From an uncultured Verrucomicrobiae bacterium (GTDB taxonomy: Bacteria > Verrucomicrobiota > Verrucomicrobiia > Palsa-1439), in NCBI GenBank assembly GCA_963812605.1, contig CAWEWF010000002.1, positions 64,001-128,000 of the forward strand: a DNA stretch of 64,000 bases, read 5' to 3'. This document shows, piece by piece, positions 10,135-21,076 of this stretch. The position numbers and the translations under genes are program-made. Positions within the stretch are counted from its first letter, which is position 1. Every line of letters begins with the position of its first letter. The notes under the pieces are model-generated. The model worked only from the letters and a program-made list of their open reading frames with translations, was not told where the DNA came from and did not search any database.

Positions 10135-11418
10135 TGACCGATAACATCGGCCTCGAGATGCACCGGCTGATCGCCGAATTGTACCCGATCTGCCGCAGCA
10201 TCACGGGCAACGGCCTTCGCGAAACGCTCCAGGCGGTGCGCCGGCGTATTCCGATCGAAGTCCATGAAGTGCCCAGCGGCACTTCCGGTGTTTGACTGGA
10301 CCGTGCCCAAGGAATGGAACATTCGCGACGCCTACATCAAGAATAGCCGGGGCGAACGCGTCGTTGATTTCCAGAAGTCAAACCTCCACGTCCTCAACTA
10401 CAGCACGCCAATCAAGGCCAAGCTGTCACTCGCCGAATTGAAGCCGCACCTATTCTCATTTCCCGAGCACCCGGATTGGATCCCGTATCGCACTTCTTAC
10501 TACGCGGAGCGCTGGGGGTTTTGTCTCAGCCATAATCAATTGCTCGCGTTGAAGGACGATGTGTACGAAGTCTGTGTCGATTCAACATTGAAAGACGGCC
10601 ACCTCACCTATGGCGAACTCCTTCTGCCTGGACAGAGTTCTGATGAGGTTCTGATTTCCTGCCACGCCTGTCATCCCTCGCTGGCCAACGACAATCTTTC
10701 CGGCCTTGCGCTCGCCACGTTCCTGGCGCGGCGGCTTGGCGAATCCCAGCACCGCTATTCCTACCGCTTTTTGTTCATCCCCGGCACCATCGGCTCGATC
10801 ACCTGGCTCGCGCGCAATGAGGAGCGGGTCGCCAATATCAAACATGGTTTGGTGATCACCTGCGTCGGTGACCAGGGGCGGTTGACTTACAAGAAAAGCC
10901 GGCGGGGCGACGCGGAAATTGATCGCGCTGTTGCCCATGTTTTCAAGTACTCGGGCCAGGAACATGAAATTCTGGAATTCACGCCCTATGGATACGATGA
11001 ACGTCAGTACTGCTCGCCCGGCTTCAACCTGCCGATCGGTTGTTTCATGCGCACGCCGAACGGGCGCTACCCCGAATATCACACCTCGGCGGACAATCTC
11101 GATTTCGTAAAGCCCGCCAGTTTGGCGGATTCCTTCGAGAAATGTCTGAAGGTGTTGGTGCTGTTGGAAGGCAACTTTACGTACCTGAACCTCAACCCAA
11201 AATGCGAACCACAGCTCGGTAAACGTGGCCTGTATCAAACCATTGGTGGCCAGACAGATGCGCGCCAGTTTGAATTGGCCATGCTCTGGGTGTTAAACCT
11301 TTCCGACGGCAAGCGCTCGCTCCTCGACATCGCGGAGCATTCGGGCACGGAGTTTGGCCTTGTCCGCAAAGCAGCAGACGCGCTTGTTCAACATACCCTG
11401 TTGAAGGAAGTCGCATAA
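10131..11418 (+). CDS. DUF4910-type aminopeptidase-fold protein with C-terminal HTH, frameshift near 10283
   Basis: N-terminus ELYPICRSITGNGLRETL..EVPSGT (frame from ATG 10131) joins VFDWTVPKEWN, CHPSLANDNLSG, DERQYCSPG, YHTSADNL, CEPQLGKRGLY. Confidence 0.8.
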
Positions 11419-12125
11419 TGCACCACGCACTTGCAAACCAGATTGCGGTCGTTACCGGTGCCAGCAGCGGCATTGGCAAGGCCCTCGCGCTGGCGCTCGG
11501 CGCCCAAGGTGCTGTGCTCTGCCTCCTCGGTCGCAATGTTAATTCGCTGGAATTCATCGCTCCGCGCGTTGCGAGTTTCGCCGTTGATTTGGGTGATGAA
11601 GCGCACATTCGCAAAGTCGCCGCCAGTCTGCAGAAGGATTTCGGGGGCGTCGACATTCTCATTCATGGCGCGGGCGTATTTGTTCCAGATCGCATCGATA
11701 CTGCCGCATCGGCTGATTTTGATTTGCAACAGCGCGTAAACGTGCGCGCGCCACGCTTGCTCACGCAGGAACTCCTGCCCACATTGCAGGCCCGGCGCGG
11801 CCAGATCGTTTTCATTAACTCGAGCGTTGCCCGCAAATCGGCTGCTGGTATCAGTCAATACACCGCGACCAAGACAGCATTGAAGGTATTCGCGGACGGT
11901 TTGCGAGATGAAATGAATCCTGCCGGCATTCGTGTCTTGAGTGTCTTTCCCGGGCGGACTGCCACGCCGATGCAAGCGGCGATTCACCGGATGGAAGGCA
12001 AGGATTATCGACCCGAGCGGTTGCTCCAGCCGGAAGATATCGCGTCGGTAGTCATCAACGCGTTGTGTCTGCCGCGCACCGCCGAAGTCACCGAGATCGA
12101 CATTCGACCCATGCAAAAGCCGTAG
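11418..12125 (+). CDS. SDR family oxidoreductase
   Basis: VTGASSGIG and YTATK (YxxxK). Confidence 0.9.
   Translation: MHHALANQIAVVTGASSGIGKALALALGAQGAVLCLLGRNVNSLEFIAPRVASFAVDLGDEAHIRKVAASLQKDFGGVDILIHGAGVFVPDRIDTAASADFDLQQRVNVRAPRLLTQELLPTLQARRGQIVFINSSVARKSAAGISQYTATKTALKVFADGLRDEMNPAGIRVLSVFPGRTATPMQAAIHRMEGKDYRPERLLQPEDIASVVINALCLPRTAEVTEIDIRPMQKP
12068..12125 (+). repeat. Imperfect 58-bp direct repeat, copy 1 (SDR 3' end)
   Basis: 45/58 identical to 13307-13364 by manual alignment. Confidence 0.8.
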
Positions 12126-12143
12126 GCTGCTGGCCGCATCGAC

Positions 12144-13364
12144 GTGAAAGGTAATACCAACATATTATTGCTCGCGCACTCGCTCTCTACCAACGGAGCG
12201 ACCAAGGTCGCAATCCAGGTTTTCGAAGGCCTGCGTGAGACAATTTCCCTGCACACCCTGGCGTTATCTGGCGGCGCATTGGAAGCTCGTTTCGGTGAAT
12301 TGGGACCGGTTCAAGTGATGTCCGAGATGCCATTCCTGAATTGGCTTCCTTCTGTTCTTGCCAAGCGGCTGCTACCCTTAATCCCACGTGGGTTGCCCCT
12401 CCGCCTCAATGGCAGACTATTTTATCCCTGGCGGCGCAATTGGAAACCAGCCCTGGTGTACGTAAATAGCATAGCCGCACTGCCGTTGGTGCCTTTTCTG
12501 GGATTGGAAGGTATTCCTGTTCTGTTGCATGTTCACGAATTGGAGGTGCCCCTGCGGATTTATGCGCAGCATCATCCGAACCTGTTGCTGGAGCGACCGA
12601 CACGGTACCTCGCTGTGTCAGAGGCTGTGAAGCGGGCCTTGATTCGATGCGGGGTGCCGGCGGAAAAGGTGATCACGGTTCACGCGTTCATTCAGGAGGA
12701 AGATTCTGTTCCAGTTGCTTCCTCCGTGGGTGAGGCAGCCTTGGTCGTCGGGGGCGCCGGCGAATTGAATTGGTGCAAGGGAAACCAGTTGTGGTTGCTG
12801 ATGGCCGCGGAACTAAAGCAAATGCTGGGGCGCGACCGGGTGCGTTTTGTCTGGGTGGGGGTGCGGGACAATGACGAAGGCCAGTTTTTTCGGTACATGG
12901 CCCGCCAGTTGGGACTGGATGGGCTGGTGGAATTCGTTCCTTATACGAGCGAGCCGCTCAAGCAATTTGCTCGTTTTGACGTGTTTGCCATGACCTCTTG
13001 GGAGGAATCCGCTTCCCTCGTCGTTTTGGAAAACATGTTGCTTGAAAAACCGGTGGTTTGCTTCGCCGGAAGCGGCGGTCCCCCCGAACTTCTCGGCGAT
13101 ACCGGGGTGATTGTCGAGCAATTCGATCCCCGGACGATGGCCCAAGCCGTCGCTGCGCTCGCAAGGGACCCCGATAAAAGAGCCCGCTTGGGCCGGGCCG
13201 CGCACCAGCGGGTTAAAGAAGAATTTGTCGTTCCCGTGCAGGTGCCGAAGATCTTTCGCGTCATGGAATCCATGGTCCAAGACACCTCCGTCACTTTGAA
13301 AAAGCATCTACCCCGCGTGGCCGAGGTCGCCGAGATCAACATTCAGCCCCTGCAAAGGCCCTAG
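12144..13364 (+). CDS. GT4 family glycosyltransferase
   Basis: LHVHE, AVSEAVK, WCKG, SWEESASLVVLE, GGPPEL. Confidence 0.85.
   Translation: MKGNTNILLLAHSLSTNGATKVAIQVFEGLRETISLHTLALSGGALEARFGELGPVQVMSEMPFLNWLPSVLAKRLLPLIPRGLPLRLNGRLFYPWRRNWKPALVYVNSIAALPLVPFLGLEGIPVLLHVHELEVPLRIYAQHHPNLLLERPTRYLAVSEAVKRALIRCGVPAEKVITVHAFIQEEDSVPVASSVGEAALVVGGAGELNWCKGNQLWLLMAAELKQMLGRDRVRFVWVGVRDNDEGQFFRYMARQLGLDGLVEFVPYTSEPLKQFARFDVFAMTSWEESASLVVLENMLLEKPVVCFAGSGGPPELLGDTGVIVEQFDPRTMAQAVAALARDPDKRARLGRAAHQRVKEEFVVPVQVPKIFRVMESMVQDTSVTLKKHLPRVAEVAEINIQPLQRP
13307..13364 (+). repeat. Imperfect 58-bp direct repeat, copy 2 (GT4 3' end)
   Basis: Encodes LPRVAEVAEINIQPLQRP* versus LPRTAEVTEIDIRPMQKP* in the SDR. 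Confidence 0.8.
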
Positions 13365-13371
13365 CCGCCCC

Positions 13372-14268
13372 GTGAACAACTCACAAACCTCCAGGAAGGC
13401 GATCGTCACGCTGGCCATCGGTGATCGCTATCTCCAACATTGGAAGGGCGCTTGCGAAGCAAATTGGCGCGCCTATGGCGCCCAACACGGGTTCGATGTT
13501 ATCTGTTTCGACAAACCGCTGGATGATTCGGCGCGTGCCCGTAGACGCTCACCGGCCTGGCAAAAGTGCCTGGTTCTAAGCCAGGATATCATGCGGAGAT
13601 ATGACCGCGTCGTATGGGTCGACTCCGATATCCTCATCAACCACCGAGACGCACCGGCGATTGATGCCGGGGTACCGCTGGAAAAAGTCGGGGCGACAGA
13701 AGAATTTACGTTCGCGGAGAATGTAGGACACCAACCGCGCCAGTTGCTCGAACGCCTTTACACGTATTGGAAGAAATCCATCATCAACTACTCGGGCCGG
13801 GAGTATTACACGAACTATGGATTGCCTTCGGAGTTTGCCAGGGTTGTTCAGACGGGCGTGCTGGTGCTCTCCCCGCGGCATCATCGCTCGTTGCTGGAAA
13901 AGGTTTACCACAACCATGAGGAAAAGGGCGGACCGGAGTGGAACTACGAAATGCGGCCGCTATCCTACGAATTGCTCAAGGCGAATGTCGTTCACTGGAT
14001 TGATCCACGTTTCAATTTGGTGTGGACCTATTCGTTGTTCCTCCACTATCCGTTTTTGGTCGACCCCCAGACCGACAACACTCTGGGCGGTCGGGTCAAA
14101 CACAAATTGGCCACGGCGATGGACGCCCCGTCGTTCACCACCGTTCAGCGCGCGTGTATGACGACGGCGTTTCTCAACAGCTTTTTCTTCCACCTCAGTG
14201 ACGTCAACCTGGAACAATCGAGGTTCGTGAACCAGAACGCCGCTTCAATCGCCGACTGCAGGCTGTGA
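13372..14268 (+). CDS. Putative GT-A fold glycosyltransferase (GT34/GT8-like)
   Basis: PAWQK, WVDSDILIN (DxD), VVQTGVLV, IDPRFN. Confidence 0.55.
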   Translation: MNNSQTSRKAIVTLAIGDRYLQHWKGACEANWRAYGAQHGFDVICFDKPLDDSARARRRSPAWQKCLVLSQDIMRRYDRVVWVDSDILINHRDAPAIDAGVPLEKVGATEEFTFAENVGHQPRQLLERLYTYWKKSIINYSGREYYTNYGLPSEFARVVQTGVLVLSPRHHRSLLEKVYHNHEEKGGPEWNYEMRPLSYELLKANVVHWIDPRFNLVWTYSLFLHYPFLVDPQTDNTLGGRVKHKLATAMDAPSFTTVQRACMTTAFLNSFFFHLSDVNLEQSRFVNQNAASIADCRL

Positions 14269-14272
14269 TTCT

Positions 14273-15254
14273 ATGCGCGCGCCCGTGGCACTCATCATCT
14301 TTAACCGCCCCGAATGTCACCGCGCGAGTGGCTGAAGCCATAGCGAAGGCGGGGCCGCCGCAAGTATTTGTCGTCGCCGACGGCCCGCGCCCCGACCGGC
14401 CGGGCGAAGCTGAGAAATGCGCCGCCACCCGCGCCGTTATCGAACGCATCGACTGGCCCTGCAAAGTGGTGAAGAAATACTCGGATAAGAACCTCGGGTG
14501 CGGCTCCGGCCCCGCCAATGGCATCGACTGGGTATTTGAACAAACGGACCGCGCCGTCATCCTGGAGGACGACTGCCTGCCCCATCCGACTTTCTTTCCT
14601 TATTGTGACGACTTGCTCGAACGGTATCGTGATGATGAGCGGATCATGCAGATTGCCGGAAGCAACTTCCAGTGCGGCCGCAAACGCGGCAACGCCAGTT
14701 ATTTCTTCTCGCGTTTCAAAATCTGCTGGGGTTGGGCGACCTGGCGCCGCGCCTGGCGGCACATGGACATGGGCGTGAAACGGTGGCCCGAATTGCGTGA
14801 GACATCGTGGCTGATTGACCTCGTCGGTGATGCGCGAGCGGCGCAGTATTGGGCCGATAAATTCGAAGGCGCCTACCATGCCGGTGGGGCGATCGATTAC
14901 TGGGACTACCAGTGGCTCTTCGCCACGTGGGTGCGCAACGGCCTTTGTATCATGCCCAACGTCAATCTGATCTCGAATATCGGTTTCGGCAAGGATGCCA
15001 CGCATACTACGTGGACGGGGAGCAAATGGGCGAATCTTCCGCTCGCGGAGATGCCCTTCCCTTTGCACCATCCATCCCGTATCCTGTGTGATGAACAAGC
15101 CGATGATTTCTTCGTCCAGGAAGTTGTCTTGACGAATGGGCCGCAGCCGCAAAGCACGCTGAGACGCGCGCTCAATAAGGCCCGCCAGGCTTACGCTGCC
15201 ACCATACCAGAACCCGCGCGAATGTTCCTGCGAAGCCTGCGGACACGGTCATGA
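14273..15254 (+). CDS. Nucleotide-diphospho-sugar transferase (HlpA-like GT-A), frameshift near 14312
   Basis: MRAPVALIIFNRP from ATG 14273 then shifts to VADGPR, ILEDDCLP, WGWATWRRAW, WDYQW, NLISNIGFG. Confidence 0.8.
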
Positions 15255-16000
15255 CCGAATCCAAGCTTACGGATGGACTCAGGGCTCGCGCCAGGAAACG
15301 GCTCGCGTGGATGTGGGTCAATTTCTGGCTTGCGCGGTCCGGCCGTGGGTTTTTCGGCCGAATCGCCGCTCGTCTCGCCGCGTGTGGTTATCCCCCGTAC
15401 AAGGGTCGTCTCGAACTGGCCCGAATCCAGCCCCGGGGCTACGTGGCCGCCAGCGCCAAAATCTCGCATGCGAATCTGACGATGGGAAACAATATCTTCA
15501 TCGGCGACGGTGTGATCATCTATCAACACGAAGGCGGCGGTCCTGTTGAACTGGGTGATCGCGTGATGTTGTTTGACGAGATCCTCGTCGAAACCCTCGC
15601 CGGTGGCGGCCTGCGCATTGGCGCGGACACCGCCATTCAACCGCGTTGCCATTTTACCACGGCGGTCGCCCCCATTCGGATCGGCAGCGGCGTCCAGATT
15701 GCGCCCCAATGTGCGTTCTATTCGTACGATCACGGGATTGTGGCGGACAAGTTGATTCGCAACCAGCCACTGCAATCAAAGGGACCAATTATTATCGAAG
15801 ACGACGCGTGGCTGGGCTTCGGCGTGATCGTGCTGTCGGGCGTCCACATCGGCAAGGGGGCTGTGATTGGAGCGGGTGCGGTCGTGACGCATGATATACC
15901 GGAAGGAGTAGTCGCAGTGGGGTCGCCCGCCCAGATTGTGAAAATGCGGAGCGAATTGAGCGAAGCCGAACTGGTGCGTTTTCAGGGGGCGGACCGATGA
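15251..16000 (+). CDS. Hexapeptide-repeat O-acyltransferase
   Basis: IIEDDAWLGFGVIVLSGVHIGKGAVIGAGAVVT..VGSPA. Confidence 0.9.
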   Translation: MTESKLTDGLRARARKRLAWMWVNFWLARSGRGFFGRIAARLAACGYPPYKGRLELARIQPRGYVAASAKISHANLTMGNNIFIGDGVIIYQHEGGGPVELGDRVMLFDEILVETLAGGGLRIGADTAIQPRCHFTTAVAPIRIGSGVQIAPQCAFYSYDHGIVADKLIRNQPLQSKGPIIIEDDAWLGFGVIVLSGVHIGKGAVIGAGAVVTHDIPEGVVAVGSPAQIVKMRSELSEAELVRFQGADR

Positions 16001-16881
16001 TTCTTCGCCTCAAGACCCCTGTTCTGAATGAGCCGACCAAGTTGGTCGCCATCGTGGTGCCTCTTTCCAAGCGACCGACACTGACGCCCGACGAGCAGAT
16101 CTCACTCCGGCACGCCACCCATTACTTTTCGCGGTACGATAAGTACCTGGTCGCGCCGGCCGGAGCGACTCCCGAACGCCCCGGTTTCCGGGTGAAGTTT
16201 TTTCCGACGAAATTCTTTGGGAGCATTGCGGCGCACGCGCGGATGATAACGGCGCCCTTGTTCTACAAAACCTTCTCCGATTACAAATACATTCTGATGT
16301 ATCACCTCGACAGCCTCGCGCTCTCCGACCAACTTGAGCAATGGTGCCAGACCGACCTCGACTATATCGGCCCGCCCTGGATCAATTGTCCCGACTCGCC
16401 CTGGGTAAAAAAGGAGCGCGTTGGCAACAGCGGTTTTGCGCTAATAAAGGTACAGAGCTTCCTCAAGGTGCTCTACTCTCCCAAGCCCTGGGTCGATCCC
16501 AACCAGTATTGGCACGAATATTACGGATCGAAGCCGAAATACATCCAGTACTTGAACCTGCCCAAGAAGTTCTTAAAGCGGCTGCCGATCTTCAACTCCT
16601 CACGGTTTCACATGTTTCGCTGGCTTCAGGGTCGCAGCGAGGCGGACATTTTCTGGTCGGATGAGGCGATCCACTACTATCCAGAGTTCAAGATCGCGGA
16701 CGTGGCGACCGGTTTGCGTTTTGCTTTCGAAGTTTCGCCGCGCCTGTGCTTCGAGCGCAACCACCATCAACTTCCGTTCGGTTGCCATGCCTGGGCGCGC
16801 TACGACCGCGCCTTTTGGGAACCGTACCTGCTTAAAGAGAACCCGGCAGAAGCCGAGAAACTGATCGCCGCGGGAAAATGA
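15997..16881 (+). CDS. DUF5672-like glycan-locus protein (putative glycosyltransferase)
   Basis: YKYILMYHLD, DYIGPPW, VGNSGF, FAFE..P, LPFGCHAW. Confidence 0.7.
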   Translation: MILRLKTPVLNEPTKLVAIVVPLSKRPTLTPDEQISLRHATHYFSRYDKYLVAPAGATPERPGFRVKFFPTKFFGSIAAHARMITAPLFYKTFSDYKYILMYHLDSLALSDQLEQWCQTDLDYIGPPWINCPDSPWVKKERVGNSGFALIKVQSFLKVLYSPKPWVDPNQYWHEYYGSKPKYIQYLNLPKKFLKRLPIFNSSRFHMFRWLQGRSEADIFWSDEAIHYYPEFKIADVATGLRFAFEVSPRLCFERNHHQLPFGCHAWARYDRAFWEPYLLKENPAEAEKLIAAGK

Positions 16882-17741
16882 TCGTGAAGGACATAAACAC
16901 CGTTTCGTCCCTGACGGACAATCCGTCGGTTGTGTTGATCCGTCCCCGCAAGGGCTGGTTACACTTCGACTTGGAAGCGGTCTATCGCTACCGCGAGTTG
17001 CTGTATTTTCTTGTCTGGCGGGACGTGCTGGTGCGTTACAAGCAAGCCGCCATTGGCGTCGCCTGGGTCGTCTTGCAACCCTTGCTCACCATGGTTGTTT
17101 TCACCGTGATCTTCGGTCGATTTGCGAAACTGCCCTCGGATGGGCTGCCCTACCCGCTTTTTTCGTTCACCGCGCTGCTGCCGTGGAATTACTTTGCGCA
17201 AGCCATCAGTCGCAGCGGCGTCAGCCTCGTTAGCAACGCAAACTTAATCAGCAAGATCTATTTTCCACGGCTGATTGTGCCAATCTCAGGCGCGCTCGGT
17301 CCCCTGGTCGATTTCGCGATCTCGTTCGTTATTCTGCTGGGAATGATGGTGTGGTATGGAATCGCGCCGACATGGGGCGTGTTCGCGCTGCCATTCTTTA
17401 CGCTGCTGGCGGTGGTGACGGCGGTGGCGGTCAGCCTGTATCTTTCGGCGCTCAATGTAAAGTATCGCAACGTCGGGCATGCGATTCCTTTCCTAGTGCA
17501 GTTTTGGATGTATGCGTCGCCCGTCGTCTACTCCACGAACATCATCCCTCCCAAATGGCGGCTGTTGTACAGCCTGAATCCGATGGTCGGGGTGATTGAA
17601 GGTTTCCGGTGGGCTCTGCTGGGCAAGGAGCGGCCGGATTTTACCGTGATGGCCGTGGGCGTGGCTGTAGCGGCGGTCCTTTTATTGGGCGGCCTGATTT
17701 ATTTCAAGCGTACCGAGCGGTTTTTTGCGGACATTATCTAA
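16878..17741 (+). CDS. wzm: ABC-2 polysaccharide exporter permease
   Basis: RDVLVRYKQAAIG.AW..LQPL, KIYFPR, SPVVY, LNPMVGVIEGFR, ERFFADII. Confidence 0.92.
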   Translation: MIVKDINTVSSLTDNPSVVLIRPRKGWLHFDLEAVYRYRELLYFLVWRDVLVRYKQAAIGVAWVVLQPLLTMVVFTVIFGRFAKLPSDGLPYPLFSFTALLPWNYFAQAISRSGVSLVSNANLISKIYFPRLIVPISGALGPLVDFAISFVILLGMMVWYGIAPTWGVFALPFFTLLAVVTAVAVSLYLSALNVKYRNVGHAIPFLVQFWMYASPVVYSTNIIPPKWRLLYSLNPMVGVIEGFRWALLGKERPDFTVMAVGVAVAAVLLLGGLIYFKRTERFFADII

Positions 17742-18998
17742 TGAATTCGCTGGCCATTTGCGCGGAGCATCTTTCCAAGATGTACGATATCGGCGCCCGA
17801 CGAGGGCGACACAATACGCTGCGCGATCGTTTGAGCAACAGCCTGAGGTCTCTGGCACGCCGGAACAACGCGTTGAGTGCGAATAATAAATTCTGGGCGC
17901 TGCGCGACATTTCGTTCGACGTGGAGCGCGGCGAGATCATTGGTTTCGTCGGGCGCAATGGCGCTGGCAAAAGCACATTGCTAAAACTGCTTTCGCGAAT
18001 CACGGACCCGACCGATGGCCAGGCCAGGATTTACGGGCGGGTTGGGTCGCTGCTGGAAGTTGGCACCGGCTTTCATTCGGAGCTGACAGGACGCGAGAAC
18101 ATCTATCTCAGCGGCGCGATCCTCGGCATGTCCAAGGCGGAAATCGACCGCAAGCTCGACCAAATCATCGATTTCTCGGAAATCGACAAGTTCGTCGATA
18201 CTCCGGTGAAGCGTTATTCCAGTGGCATGTACGTTCGCCTGGCGTTCGCCGTCGCGGCGCACCTCGAAACCGATATTCTTCTCGTTGACGAGGTGCTCGC
18301 CGTCGGCGATGCGGCGTTTCAAAAGAAATGCCTTGGCCAGATGGATAACGTCGCCAACAAGGAAGGCCGGACGGTGTTGTTTGTCAGTCACAACATGGCG
18401 ATGATCGAGAATCTCTGCCCGGCGTGTGCTCTGGTTGAAGGAGGGCCGTCTCGCCGGGGATGGCGCGCCCAATGAGGTCATCAGCAACTATCTCGCGGAA
18501 CTCTCGCAGATGAATAGTATTCCCCTCGTTCAGCGAACGGATCGCGAGGGCCGCGGCAACGTCCGCGCCGTGGCGGTCGAACTGCGGAACGCCGCGGGAA
18601 ACACGGTGGGCCGCCCGGTCTCCGGTCAGCAACTCGTGTTTCGGCTGCATTATCGGGGTGAACCAGGAAAGATCATCCGGAACTGTCGTATTTCCATCAC
18701 GGTCCATAAAGATGAGAAACTGTACTTCCTCTTATCCACCGATCTGGTCGACAAGACGCAGATCGATCTCGAAGGCGAAGGCAGCATCGATCTCATTGTC
18801 CCCGAGTTGCCGCTGACCGCCGGCACCTACGATCTGAACACTTTTATCCAATCGGGGCCGGATATTCAGGATTGGGTGGAACGAGCCGCGGAAATGCCCG
18901 TAATCGACGGTGATTTCTACGGCACGGGCCGCAATTATCCCCCCGACTGGGGCGGCTCGACCGTGCTGGTCCATCACTCGTGGCGACACCAGAAGTAA
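17741..18998 (+). CDS. wzt: Polysaccharide ABC exporter ATPase with C-terminal Wzt_C domain, frameshift near 18420
   Basis: GRNGAGKST, YSSGM, LLVDEVLAVGD, VSHN; continues (RVLWLKEGR...) in the 18426..18998 frame after a C run. Confidence 0.88.
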
Positions 18999-19011
18999 CC
19001 GAACGATTATT

Positions 19012-19938
19012 ATGAACACTCCCGTTGCGCTGATTCTATTCAACCGTCCCGAAACGACGGCCCGCGTCTTTGCCGAGATCGTCCGGGCGAAACCGAAAAA
19101 GCTCTTCCTGATCGCCGATGGTCCGCGCCCCGAGGTTGCGACCGATGTCGAAAAATGCGCCGCGGCGCGCGCGGTGGTCGCGCGTGTGGATTGGGAATGT
19201 GACGTGCAGCGCAAGTTCTCGGAGAGCAACCTGAGTTGTGGAATGTGTCCCGCGACGGGATTGACGTGGGTATTCGAGCACGTGGATCGCGCGATCGTGC
19301 TGGAAGATGATTGCGTGCCCGATCCGTCATTTTTCCCCTTCTGCGGGGAAATCCTCGAGCGCTACCGCGACGATGAACGGGTCATGCATGTGGCGGGGAA
19401 CAACTTTCAAGACGATCGACGTTTCGGAAATACGAGTTACTTCTTTTCGCGTCACAACATCTGTCTTGGTGGGTGGGCCACGTGGGCGCGCGCCTGGCAG
19501 CATTACGACATCGAGCTGAAGCGCTGGCCGGCGCTCCGGGACACGCCGTGGTTGGACTACATCGTGGGCGAGCCGCGCGGCGCAGCCGTGTGGCGGCGGA
19601 TTTTTGACGAAGCACACGCGGCCGGCACTCGGGCATCGTATTCGGACTATCAATGGACGTTTACCTGCTGGGCGGAAAACGGGTTATCTGCGATTCCAAC
19701 TGTCGAGTTGTGCCGGAATATCGGTTTCGACCATGACGCAACGCACGTTTTTTCAACGGATTGTCCGTGGCGCGTAGCGCAGACGGAGCCCATGAAGTTT
19801 CCGCTCGTGCATCCCTCCGGCATGACCCCCGACGCCGCCGCGGATCTGGCGTTCAACGAGCGCGTGCTGGTCGCCGAGGGATTCCGTCCGTACGGACTTC
19901 GCGAGAAAATCTCCCAGGCATTCGCCGCGTTGAAATAA
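19012..19938 (+). CDS. Nucleotide-diphospho-sugar transferase (HlpA-like), paralog of 14273-15254
   Basis: PVALILFNRP, IADGPR, VLEDDCVP, WATWARAW, DYQW. Confidence 0.85.
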   Translation: MNTPVALILFNRPETTARVFAEIVRAKPKKLFLIADGPRPEVATDVEKCAAARAVVARVDWECDVQRKFSESNLSCGMCPATGLTWVFEHVDRAIVLEDDCVPDPSFFPFCGEILERYRDDERVMHVAGNNFQDDRRFGNTSYFFSRHNICLGGWATWARAWQHYDIELKRWPALRDTPWLDYIVGEPRGAAVWRRIFDEAHAAGTRASYSDYQWTFTCWAENGLSAIPTVELCRNIGFDHDATHVFSTDCPWRVAQTEPMKFPLVHPSGMTPDAAADLAFNERVLVAEGFRPYGLREKISQAFAALK

Positions 19939-20056
19939 ACCACAGCAATGACTGACGCGACCGTGACTGCGCGCACGCCCGCAGGTGCACTGAACAAAGG
20001 CATGCGGCCGGTCAGGCCCTCCTGGTATCACGCATAACCGCCGTTAGAGCTTTCCT

Positions 20057-21073
20057 ATGCACTGCCCAAGATTGGCTGAGTTGCCGCCACCGCCGCCCGG
20101 CCGCACAGGCTGGCCATGGACGGTGGAAACGCCGCCGCTGGCCGCGACCGCATCGGCTGGCGCGCCATGGCCGTCAATCTCGATCGTGACTCCCTCCTTC
20201 AATCAAGGAGCCTACCTCGAGGAGACGATCCGCTCAATTCTGTTGCAGGGTTATCCGTGCCTCGAATACATCGTCATCGACGGCGGTTCCCGTGATGACA
20301 GCGCCGCGATTATCAAAAAATACGAGCGCTGGCTGACGCACTGGGTGTGCGAGCCCGACCAGGGGCAAGCGCACGCGATCAACAAGGGCCTCGCGCGATG
20401 CACTGGCGAGATTTTCCAGTGGATCAACTCCGATGACTATTTGCTCGCCGGCGCGCTCCAAAAAATTGCGACGGCCATTGAAGGTACGGATGCCGTTGCG
20501 GGCGCGGTCATGAACTTCGACGAGTCGGGTTATCAGGAATGCCTCGTCCCGGGTGAATTGAACGCCCTGAGAATGATCTTCGCCGAACCTTCCACCAGGT
20601 GGCACCAGCCCGGGCTGTGGTTCCGGCGCCAGAGCGTGATCGCCTCTGGTGGAATCGACGAATCCTACCACTACTCCTTCGATTGGGACCTCACGATCCG
20701 CTATCTGGGCAGGTTTGCTCACCTGAACTATTTGCCGGACGTACTGGTGCACTTTCGTCTGCACCCGCAATCCAAAACGGTCACCACCTGGGAGCGTTTC
20801 ATGGAGGAACGCTATCGGATATTGCATAAACTCGCCGAGACTTCGGCTCAACCGTTGATCCGCAAGGCCTGTCGTCAACAGATCCGCCGGCTGGATTGGT
20901 GGAACTTCATTGCCACGATTCGCGATGATCGCCGGCGATCGCGCCTACTGCGCGCGTTGTGCCTCGGCGCCGCCGCCTGTTGCGATCCGCGAATTCGCCT
21001 GACACGTCTCACATTAGGATCCATTCGACAGGTGCTGTTCCCCCTGCCGCCACCGCAGACAAACAGGAAGTAA
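20057..21073 (+). CDS. GT2 family glycosyltransferase
   Basis: SIVTPSFNQG, IDGGS.D, GQAHAINKG, WINSDD. Confidence 0.9.
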   Translation: MHCPRLAELPPPPPGRTGWPWTVETPPLAATASAGAPWPSISIVTPSFNQGAYLEETIRSILLQGYPCLEYIVIDGGSRDDSAAIIKKYERWLTHWVCEPDQGQAHAINKGLARCTGEIFQWINSDDYLLAGALQKIATAIEGTDAVAGAVMNFDESGYQECLVPGELNALRMIFAEPSTRWHQPGLWFRRQSVIASGGIDESYHYSFDWDLTIRYLGRFAHLNYLPDVLVHFRLHPQSKTVTTWERFMEERYRILHKLAETSAQPLIRKACRQQIRRLDWWNFIATIRDDRRRSRLLRALCLGAAACCDPRIRLTRLTLGSIRQVLFPLPPPQTNRK

Positions 21074-21076
21074 TCT

